DNA of 36,433 nucleotides. It comes from Eubacteriales bacterium (lineage in GTDB: Bacteria > Bacillota > Clostridia > Oscillospirales > CAG-272). Shown here piece by piece: positions 1 through 6,055 of the stretch. The position numbers and the translations under genes are program-made. The DNA is taken from contig JAZRCQ010000294.1 of NCBI GenBank assembly GCA_045659845.1, positions 1-36,433 of the forward strand. Direction: 5' to 3'. Every line of letters begins with the position of its first letter. The first letter of the stretch is position 1. The notes beneath the pieces are model-generated. The model ran no database searches, was not told the origin of the DNA, and worked only from the letters and a program-made list of their open reading frames with translations.

Positions 1-15
1 CTTGTTTAGGATCGC

Positions 16-648
16 TCAGATCCCTTTTTTGTACAGGCAATAGGAATAGCACAGCGGCACCAGCAGCATGGCAAGCATCACGGGAAGGATGGCCCACAGA
101 AGCCCCGTGCATCCGATCAGCATCACCGTTATGCCGCCGACGACCATTGTCCATCCGGCAACACGGTGCGTTCGATTCCAGTTTTCCTCGCTATTGAGCG
201 TCCAGGGGATCTTGAAGCCGATCGTATAGTTCTGCTTGCATTTTGGAAGATAATTTCCGATCAGCACAAACAGCAATCCTATGAGCATGGGAACCAGCAC
301 GTTCACCATCACCTCGTGCCCCATGGCCGTGGCGTAGCAAACGGCAAGCACCACGTTGCAAAGCACCGGAACGATCCAGAGCGACAGCGCCTGCAGCTTT
401 TCCGAATGATTCCTTCGCTTCGGATCAACGGAAAGCAGGAAGCAGAGCAGCCATTGAAGCGCCAAAAGCATCAAGGGCATACCCAGCACCACCATAGCTT
501 TTCCTGCACTGCGATCCACCTCTCCGCTGAGATTCCAATGCGTCGGAAGCTCCTGCGGCAATCGACTCCAAAGCACGAGCCCCGGAAGAATGGGCAAAAG
601 CGTTACCAAGGATGTGATCACCATCGTCTTTAAATGCTTCTTAATCAT
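16..648 (-). CDS. SdpI/DUF1648-family integral membrane protein
   Basis: 210-aa ORF, strongly hydrophobic with multiple predicted TM helices. N-terminal LPQELPTHWNLSGEVDRSAGK motif is typical of the DUF1648/SdpI family. Start overlaps the stop of the upstream ArsR gene by 8 nt (641-648), which suggests an operon. Confidence 0.65.
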   Translation of the reverse strand: MIKKHLKTMVITSLVTLLPILPGLVLWSRLPQELPTHWNLSGEVDRSAGKAMVVLGMPLMLLALQWLLCFLLSVDPKRRNHSEKLQALSLWIVPVLCNVVLAVCYATAMGHEVMVNVLVPMLIGLLFVLIGNYLPKCKQNYTIGFKIPWTLNSEENWNRTHRVAGWTMVVGGITVMLIGCTGLLWAILPVMLAMLLVPLCYSYCLYKKGI

Positions 649-913
649 GTTTTTCTCCCTTCAGGCCACTCAGCCACAGCATGACCTCCTCCAGAACGGA
701 GGTGTTCAATTCATAGAAAATATACTTCCCTTCTCGCGTATCCCGAATCAGATCCGCATCCTTCAGAATGGAAAGATGCTTGGAAACGGCCGCCCCGCTC
801 ACGGAAAAACGGTTTACGATCTCTCCCGCGGAAAGGCGGCCCGCCCGCAGGCTCTCAAGAATCCCGCGACGGATCGGATCGGAAAGGGCCTTCATCGTAT
901 TCTGAATCCCCAT
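641..913 (-). CDS. ArsR/SmtB-family (SdpR-like) winged-helix transcriptional repressor
   Basis: ALSDPIRRGILESL...SAGEIVNRFSVSGAAVSKHLSILKDADLI is a classic ArsR HTH. I place the start at the MGIQN Met (913) because AAGGAGG lies 6-12 nt upstream. The ORF-track start at 928 has no RBS and sits inside a palindrome. Confidence 0.85.
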   Translation of the reverse strand: MGIQNTMKALSDPIRRGILESLRAGRLSAGEIVNRFSVSGAAVSKHLSILKDADLIRDTREGKYIFYELNTSVLEEVMLWLSGLKGEKHD

Positions 914-927
914 CTCTTCCTCCTTCA

Positions 928-978
928 TTTAACCAATCGGTTAAATATAGCATATCACATTTTCGCCCGATTGTCAAT
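928..978 (-). promoter_or_regulatory. Promoter (TTGACA-N18-TATGCT) plus palindromic operator TTTAACC-N4-GGTTAAA for the arsR-sdpI operon
   Basis: On the minus strand, TTGACA is at complement 973-978 and TATGCT at complement 949-954. The inverted repeat tttaaccaatcggttaaa (928-945) lies between the -10 box and the RBS, as expected for an ArsR-type autoregulatory site. Confidence 0.45.
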
Positions 979-1012
979 AGTCATTTAACCTTTTCTTTAA
1001 ATGTTTTCTCAA

Positions 1013-1051
1013 AAAGCACGTGCCGCGCCTCTCGGGCGCGGCACGTGCTTT
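1013..1051 (-). terminator. Rho-independent terminator after the padR-DUF2812 operon
   Basis: Perfect 17-bp stem aaagcacgtgccgcgcc / ggcgcggcacgtgcttt with a 5-nt loop. On the minus strand it is followed by TTTTT (plus-strand aaaaa at 1008-1012). It sits just 3' of the stop at 1059. Confidence 0.75.
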
Positions 1052-1058
1052 GCTCCGA

Positions 1059-1595
1059 TTAATCCTTGGATCCGGAGCGATACCTTGCATATTGAATTCC
1101 GAACGCCGCAAAGCAGCCGAGATAAAGCCCCATGATCGCTCCAAGCAGGATCGCGATCCCATAATTTTGATTGCCGAGATTGATGACAAATTGCGGCAGA
1201 AGGCAGGCCGTGAACAACAACACCAAGGGAAGCATTCTTCCCTTGAACACGCGCGCCATCATGGCTCTGCGGGAGGCATCGTCGCAAAAGATCTCCTCCT
1301 CGCCGTTCATTTCCGATGCGGGCTTGCGGAAATAGCTGTAGCCAACGTAGTCCTGTATGTATTCCCATCCGCAATCGCGGAACATCTGAACGTATTCCTC
1401 TCTGTGGGAGATCCCCTCCTGATTATAGTCCAGCTGGTAGACCACGTCCTGCGGCTCACATTCCTCAAAATGGAATACGCCCAATCCGCTGACCTTCACA
1501 AATTTCCAACCGTGGCGATGCATCTCTCTCAGATAGTCCTGCTCCTTCTCATGATGAAATATACTGAAATATTTCAATTCCTTTTTGGTTTTCAT
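1059..1595 (-). CDS. DUF2812-family membrane protein (PadR-associated)
   Basis: Start moved to the MKTKKELKYF Met (cat at 1593-1595), one nt after the PadR stop (1597-1599). N-terminal YLREMHRHGWKF...YQLDY...F...GWEY pattern plus two C-terminal TM helices is typical of DUF2812 proteins encoded next to PadR. Confidence 0.7.
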   Translation of the reverse strand: MKTKKELKYFSIFHHEKEQDYLREMHRHGWKFVKVSGLGVFHFEECEPQDVVYQLDYNQEGISHREEYVQMFRDCGWEYIQDYVGYSYFRKPASEMNGEEEIFCDDASRRAMMARVFKGRMLPLVLLFTACLLPQFVINLGNQNYGIAILLGAIMGLYLGCFAAFGIQYARYRSGSKD

Positions 1596-1596
1596 C

Positions 1597-1911
1597 TTAA
1601 AGCTCCTCCTGTGTGATCTGATAAAGCCGCTTGATCCGTTCCATCTCAATGGTCAGAATCTCCTTGCCGAGCGAGGTGATCTCATAGATCTTTCGCTTTT
1701 CCTCTTCTCTGACGAAGCGGATCACTCCGTCCTTTTCCATTTTGGAAAGACTGCCATACATCGTGCCCGGCGCCAGCTTGATCGTTCCCTCCGACATTTT
1801 CTCCACCAGCTGAACGATCCCATATCCGTGATTGGGCTTCTGCAGGCAAAACAAAATATAGAAGGCGGTTTCGGTCATAGGCATATACACCTTTTTAATA
1901 TGCTGATCCAT
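1597..1911 (-). CDS. PadR-family transcriptional regulator
   Basis: 104 aa. YILFCL...PNHGYGIVQLVEKMSEG...APGTMYGSLSKMEKDGVI is the PadR winged-helix signature. GGAGG RBS is upstream. Confidence 0.88.
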   Translation of the reverse strand: MDQHIKKVYMPMTETAFYILFCLQKPNHGYGIVQLVEKMSEGTIKLAPGTMYGSLSKMEKDGVIRFVREEEKRKIYEITSLGKEILTIEMERIKRLYQITQEEL

Positions 1912-1928
1912 TCGCTCCTCCTTGAACT

Positions 1929-1983
1929 ATCGCACTGCGATATATCGTGGTTATATTATATCGCACTGCGATGTATTTGTCAA
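1929..1983 (-). promoter_or_regulatory. padR promoter (TTGACA-N17-TATAAT) with two copies of the palindrome ATCGCA-N-TGCGAT
   Basis: Minus strand: TTGACA at complement 1978-1983 and TATAAT at complement 1955-1960. The 13-nt palindrome atcgcactgcgat occurs twice, at 1929-1941 and 1960-1972. One copy lies in the promoter spacer abutting the -10 box; the other lies between the -10 box and the RBS. Confidence 0.55.
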
Positions 1984-2003
1984 GAGGTTTTCAAAAAAAT
2001 TTT

Positions 2004-2039
2004 CGGGAGGCGGCCGCTTTTTTTGCGGTTCGCCTCCCG
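2004..2039 (-). terminator. Rho-independent terminator after the paaK-ACT operon
   Basis: Stem cgggaggcg ... cgcctcccg (2004-2012 / 2031-2039). On the minus strand it is followed by an A/T tract ending in TTTTTTT (plus aaaaaaa at 1993-1999). It is 13 nt past the ACT gene stop. Confidence 0.6.
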
Positions 2040-2051
2040 ATCAAGCCGTGA

Positions 2052-2483
2052 TCAGAGCTTTTTAATATCGTCCTCGGAGATCATTCTGAAGCCTGCGGCC
2101 GTCAAGGCAGCCTCAGCCACTGCATTGTCCTCCACTCGCAGCACCACGTAGGCATGCCGCTCGGTGCGCGCCATGAAGGCATACATATATTCCACGTTGA
2201 TATCCTCCCGATCCAGCACGGAAAGAGCCTCGGTGAGCTTGCCGGGAGCATCCCCGATCTTCACGCCCACCACGTCGATCACCTTGATCAGATAGCCCTT
2301 TTTCGCAAGCACGGCCTCAGCGGTCTCCGGATCATTCACGATCAGGCGCAGGATTCCGAAATCCTGCGTTTCCGCAATGGAAAGTGCTCTCAGGTTCACT
2401 CCACAATCGGAAAGTGCCTCGGTAACCGATGCCACCGTTCCCTTTTTGTTCTGAACGAACACCGTTAATTGCTTGATTGCCAT
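2052..2483 (-). CDS. ACT-domain protein (tandem ACT, small-ligand/amino-acid-binding regulatory fold)
   Basis: Start moved to MAIKQLTVFVQNKKGTVASV (cat 2481-2483), with an AGGAGA RBS at complement 2491-2496. Two ACT-like repeats are present (LTVFVQNKKGTVA... and VVGVKIGDAPGKL...). The longer ORF-track N-terminus overlaps paaK and has no RBS. Confidence 0.8.
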   Translation of the reverse strand: MAIKQLTVFVQNKKGTVASVTEALSDCGVNLRALSIAETQDFGILRLIVNDPETAEAVLAKKGYLIKVIDVVGVKIGDAPGKLTEALSVLDREDINVEYMYAFMARTERHAYVVLRVEDNAVAEAALTAAGFRMISEDDIKKL

Positions 2484-2499
2484 AGCTGCCTCTCCTTTC

Positions 2500-3810
2500 T
2501 TAAATGAGCTTACGCTTATCGACCACGCGAACGGCCTTGCCCTCGCTTCTTGCAATGCTCTTGGGCGGAACGAGATGCACCAGCGGATTGATGCCCAGCA
2601 TGGTTTTGATCGCATTGGCAAGAGATTTTTCCATCGCCATGATCTCGCTCACCTTATCCGTGAAGCGTTCTGCCGTCATCTCCACGTTCACGTCGAAGGT
2701 ATCGTTGTTCTTCACGCGGTCCACCACGATCTGATAATTGGGCTCATAGCCCTCCTTGAGCAGCACTGTTTCGATCTGGCTGGGGAACACGTTCACGCCG
2801 CGGATGATCAGCATATCGTCGGTTCTGCCCATGGGCTTGGCCATCTTGATCAGCGTGCGGCCGCAGGAGCACTTCTTGCGGGAGAGCACACAAATGTCGC
2901 GGGTGCGATAGCGGAGCAGGGGGAACGCCTCCTTATCCAAGGAGGTGAACACCAGCTCACCCTTGCTTCCCTCGGGAAGCACCTCACCCGTTTCGGGATC
3001 AATGATCTCGGCAAAGAAATGATCCCCGTTGATATGCATGCCGCTCTGCTCACTGCATTCAAAGGCAACGCCGGGGCCGGTGGTCTCGGTGAGGCCGTAG
3101 ATATCGTAGGCCTTGATGCCCAGCAATTTTTCGATGCTTTGGCGCATCTCCTCCGTCCACCGCTCAGCGCAGAAGATGCCTGCCTTCAGCGGCATATCCT
3201 CCGGCCGGTAGCCCTGCTCCTTCAGGCTCTCGCCCAGATAGGCGGCGTAGGAGGGGGTGCAGCAAAGAATGGTGGCATTCAGATCCATCATGAACTGGAT
3301 CTGGCGCTCGGTGTTGCCCGAGGAAAGCGGCAGCGTGAGGCATCCAACCTTATGGGAGCCGCCGTTCAGGCCGGGGCCGCCGGTGAACAGGCCGTAGCCG
3401 TAGGCCACCTGGCAAACGTCCTTCTTCGAGCCGCCAACGGCAACGATCGCGCGGGCGCAGCAATCCTCCCAAAGATCGAGATCCTTCTGCGTGTAGAAGG
3501 CAACCACGCGGCGGCCGGTGGTTCCGGAGGTGGACTGAATGCGAACGCAATCCTCCAGCGGCTTCGCCAACAGACCGTAGGGATAGGCGTCGCGAAGATC
3601 GGCCTTGGAAAGGAACGGAAGCTTGTGGAGATCGTCGATGCTCTGAATATCCTCCGGTCGAACGCCTTTCTGATCCATCAGATCCCGATAGTAGGCAACG
3701 TTTTCATAAACGTGCCTGACCTGCTTGATCAGCTTCTCCGATTGGAGCTTTTTCATCTCCTCACGGGGCATGGTTTCAATTTCCTTTTGGAAATAGCGTT
3801 GCTGTTCCAT
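2500..3810 (-). CDS. paaK: Phenylacetate--CoA ligase (PaaK-family adenylate-forming enzyme)
   Basis: 436 aa. N-terminal MPREEMKKLQSEKLIKQVRHVYENVAYYRDLM...LPFLSKADLRD, the SSGTTGR P-loop (QSTSGTTGRRV), YGLTE and RYRTRD motifs are hallmarks of the PaaK/CoF420-ligase-like subfamily. Confidence 0.85.
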   Translation of the reverse strand: MEQQRYFQKEIETMPREEMKKLQSEKLIKQVRHVYENVAYYRDLMDQKGVRPEDIQSIDDLHKLPFLSKADLRDAYPYGLLAKPLEDCVRIQSTSGTTGRRVVAFYTQKDLDLWEDCCARAIVAVGGSKKDVCQVAYGYGLFTGGPGLNGGSHKVGCLTLPLSSGNTERQIQFMMDLNATILCCTPSYAAYLGESLKEQGYRPEDMPLKAGIFCAERWTEEMRQSIEKLLGIKAYDIYGLTETTGPGVAFECSEQSGMHINGDHFFAEIIDPETGEVLPEGSKGELVFTSLDKEAFPLLRYRTRDICVLSRKKCSCGRTLIKMAKPMGRTDDMLIIRGVNVFPSQIETVLLKEGYEPNYQIVVDRVKNNDTFDVNVEMTAERFTDKVSEIMAMEKSLANAIKTMLGINPLVHLVPPKSIARSEGKAVRVVDKRKLI

Positions 3811-3865
3811 TGTTAAACACCCTTTCTGATTCTGAGCTTTTCACTCGATTTTGGCTCGGAGTGAG

Positions 3866-4164
3866 AAAACAAAAACGTCCTCCGCATTCCGACAGGGCAA
3901 GGCCCCAAGAACACAGAGGACGAGAAATATTCTTTCCCGTGGTACCACCTCAGTTCGCCGCCACCTCACGGTTGCGACCTTTTCAGGTACTGACATACCA
4001 TAGTTCTATGACGGGAACTCCCGTTGCATCCTACTACGGATCTCTCCGATTCAGCGCACTGCTAACAGAATGAATTCGAGAAGGACGCCCCCTCTGTCTC
4101 GCACCGCCCGACAGCTCTCTCCAGGTTCTTTCCAGCCTACTGGTTTCTGCTCTCCGCATTTGAT
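3866..4164 (-). promoter_or_regulatory. T-box riboswitch, specifier UUC (Phe), leader of paaK-ACT
   Basis: All elements read on the minus strand:
- S-turn AGUA at complement 4138-4141;
- AG bulge AGAGAG at complement 4115-4120;
- distal loop GGUGCGA at complement 4099-4105;
- specifier loop GAA-UUC-A at complement 4071-4077, followed by helix UUCUG pairing with CAGAA;
- T-box motif GAGGUGGUACCACGGG at complement 3937-3952, with antiterminator A1 GAGG/CCUC and A2 ACGGGAAA/UUUCUCGU;
- competing terminator CGUCCUC...GAGGACG + UUUUU at complement 3871-3924. Confidence 0.85.
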
Positions 4165-4170
4165 ATTCGC

Positions 4171-4199
4171 ATTATACCACCTTTATGCGCATCTGTCAA
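4171..4199 (-). promoter_or_regulatory. Sigma-70-type promoter TTGACA-N17-TATAAT for the Phe T-box/paaK operon
   Basis: Minus strand cTTGACAgatgcgcataaaggtggTATAATg. The -35 box is at complement 4194-4199 and the -10 box at complement 4171-4176. Confidence 0.65.
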
Positions 4200-4301
4200 G
4201 GGGGTTTCTGAAATTTTATGCATTTATTCTCTCCCCTTCCGCATCATTCGCGCATGGGCAGACCGTTTCTGCGATAAGTTGAATTTTTTTTACAAAATCG
4301 C

Positions 4302-4330
4302 TTGACAAAAAGAGGAAGATATGATATAAT
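4302..4330 (+). promoter_or_regulatory. Sigma-70-type promoter TTGACA-N17-TATAAT for the Leu T-box operon, divergent from the paaK promoter
   Basis: ttgaca (4302-4307), 17-nt spacer ending in tga, tataat (4325-4330). Confidence 0.65.
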
Positions 4331-4336
4331 GCTAAA

Positions 4337-4615
4337 TCATAAACGCGATGATGCGGAATAGTATGCAAAAGGATTCGCCTTCAGAGAATTGCCGGCCGGT
4401 GCGAGGCATGGGAAGAGCTTTGCAGAACTCACCGTTGAGCGGTTGCCATGAAATTGCAGAGTAGTGGCAAACGGGAGCTCCCGTCACAGAGTCAAGATGT
4501 GTCAGCATCGAAGGTGCATCCCGCATCGGGATGAAGAAGAGTGGTACCGCGGAAACACGAGGATCGGCGTTTTCGTCTCTTTGAAGCAACAAAGAGATGG
4601 AAGCGTGTTTTTGTT
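4337..4615 (+). promoter_or_regulatory. T-box riboswitch, specifier CUC (Leu)
   Basis: - K-turn GAUGA at 4347-4351;
- S-turn AGUA at 4360-4363;
- AG bulge AGAGA at 4383-4387;
- distal loop GGUGCGA at 4398-4404;
- specifier loop GAA-CUC-A at 4425-4431, flanked by helix UGCAAAAG/CUUUGCA above and GCGG/CCGU below;
- T-box motif AGAGUGGUACCGCGG at 4538-4552;
- terminator stem 4568-4605 (core UCUCUUUG/CAAAGAGA) followed by UUUUU at 4608-4612. Confidence 0.88.
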
Positions 4616-4660
4616 GCATCACCGGTCCCGAATTTCCAAGCTTGAAAGGAGCATTCCATC

Positions 4661-6049
4661 ATGAGACAGATCAACGTAGCCGACATCACCCTCAAAAAGC
4701 TTTCGGAGGATCGCGCAGTTTCCCTGCTGTTCCGCGAGAAATCCGCTATTGCCAATTGCGCCGACCGTCTCGGTGCAAACTGCATCGAGCTGCCCCCCGT
4801 GAAGAACGTGCGCGAGGATTCTATCATCTATAAGACCATTGCGAAAAATGTTCGGAGCGCCGCGCTGGCCATTCCCGTTGGCTACACCGCCGACGACGTT
4901 GCCGTTGCATGGGAATGCATCCGCGAGGCCAAGGCTCCCCGTCTGCAGGTGGAGCTTCCCGTTTCCACCATTCAAATGGAATACACCTATCACGTGAAGC
5001 AATCCAAAATGCTGGAAAAGATCGGCGAGCTGGTTGCCGCCGCAAAAGCTCTCTGCTCCGACGTGGAGTTCTCCGCGCTGGATGCCACCAGAGCCGACGA
5101 GGAATTTCTGATCGCCGCCGTGCGGGAGGCCGAGGCGAAGGGCGCATCCGTCATCACGATCTGTGATAACGCCGGTGCATCCACTCCCGATCAGATCGGC
5201 GAGCTCACTCAAAAGGTGAAGGCGACCGTGTCCGTTCCCGTGTACGTTCAAGTGTCCGATCGCGTGAGCATGGCAGTTGCATCCGCGTTTTCCGCCATTG
5301 CCTGCGGTGCCGACGGACTCAAGAGCGCCATGGCGGGCAAGGATGCTCTGCTGACGGGGGCACTCTCCGACGCCATGAATGCCTGCGGCGCGCGGCTCGA
5401 CGCGGCAATCAGCCTGAACAGCACCAATATCCACGCCAGCATCGAGGATCTGAAGGCAGGCATCCGCCATGAGGCCGATGAGACCGAGTCCTCTGAAAGC
5501 GAGCAGAAGCGGATCCTGCTGGATTCCGATTCCACTCTGGCGCAGGTGGCCGACACGGCCGCTCTTCTGGGCTACGAGCTTTCGGATTCCGATATTGGAA
5601 ACGTTTATAAGGCGCTGTCGCAGGTCTGTGCGCGCAAGGGTGCCGTTGGAGCCAAGGAGCTGGAGGCTCTGATCGCAAGCTCCGCCATGCAGGCTCCCTC
5701 CACCTATCATTTTGAAACCTACACCACCACCAGCAGCAATATCTCCAGCGCAATGACGCAGATCGTTCTGAAGAACAACAATGAATGCATCTGCGGCGTC
5801 AGCGCAGGCGACGGCCCCATCGATTCCGCCTTCCGCGCCATCGAGCAATGTGTGGGCCATCACTATGAGCTGGACGATTATCAGGTGCAGTCGGTCACCG
5901 AGGGCAAGGAGGCTCTGGGCTCCGCCTTGGTGAAGCTTCGCTACAACGGCAGGCTCTATTCCGGAAACGGCACCTCCACCGATATCATCGCCGCCAGCAT
6001 CCGCGCCTATATCAACGCACTCAACAAGATCGTTTTTGAGGAGGCATGA
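4661..6049 (+). CDS. 2-isopropylmalate synthase-like protein with degenerate catalytic motifs and an intact LeuA C-terminal regulatory domain (probable pseudoenzyme)
   Basis: 462 aa, with AAAGGAG RBS at 4645-4651. The HMGL-like TIM-barrel layout is recognisable (FSALDATRAD, ITICDNAGAS). The DTTLRDGEQ motif reads ADITLKKLSED, and the HxH metal site reads VQVSDRVSMAVAS. The C-terminal GDGPIDSAFRAIEQ...VTEGKEALGSALVKLRYNGRLYSGNGTSTDIIAASIRAYINALNK matches the LeuA allosteric/dimerisation domain. Confidence 0.7.
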   Translation: MRQINVADITLKKLSEDRAVSLLFREKSAIANCADRLGANCIELPPVKNVREDSIIYKTIAKNVRSAALAIPVGYTADDVAVAWECIREAKAPRLQVELPVSTIQMEYTYHVKQSKMLEKIGELVAAAKALCSDVEFSALDATRADEEFLIAAVREAEAKGASVITICDNAGASTPDQIGELTQKVKATVSVPVYVQVSDRVSMAVASAFSAIACGADGLKSAMAGKDALLTGALSDAMNACGARLDAAISLNSTNIHASIEDLKAGIRHEADETESSESEQKRILLDSDSTLAQVADTAALLGYELSDSDIGNVYKALSQVCARKGAVGAKELEALIASSAMQAPSTYHFETYTTTSSNISSAMTQIVLKNNNECICGVSAGDGPIDSAFRAIEQCVGHHYELDDYQVQSVTEGKEALGSALVKLRYNGRLYSGNGTSTDIIAASIRAYINALNKIVFEEA

Positions 6050-6055
6050 TCCAGC

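Noticed and set aside
1059-1649. Longer N-termini offered by the ORF track for several genes: DUF2812 (1649), ACT (2621), zinc-ribbon (14954), cyuA-like (24096), esterase (31308), ybaK-like (32030), metY (34240), amidohydrolase (35127)
   Set aside because: The extensions overlap upstream genes or leaders, lack an RBS, and have non-protein-like composition. In each case an internal Met with a good Shine-Dalgarno sequence gives the expected family-typical N-terminus.
2473-3816. 447-aa ORF on the plus strand
   Set aside because: Antisense shadow of paaK, which carries all the PaaK motifs. No RBS and a low-complexity translation.
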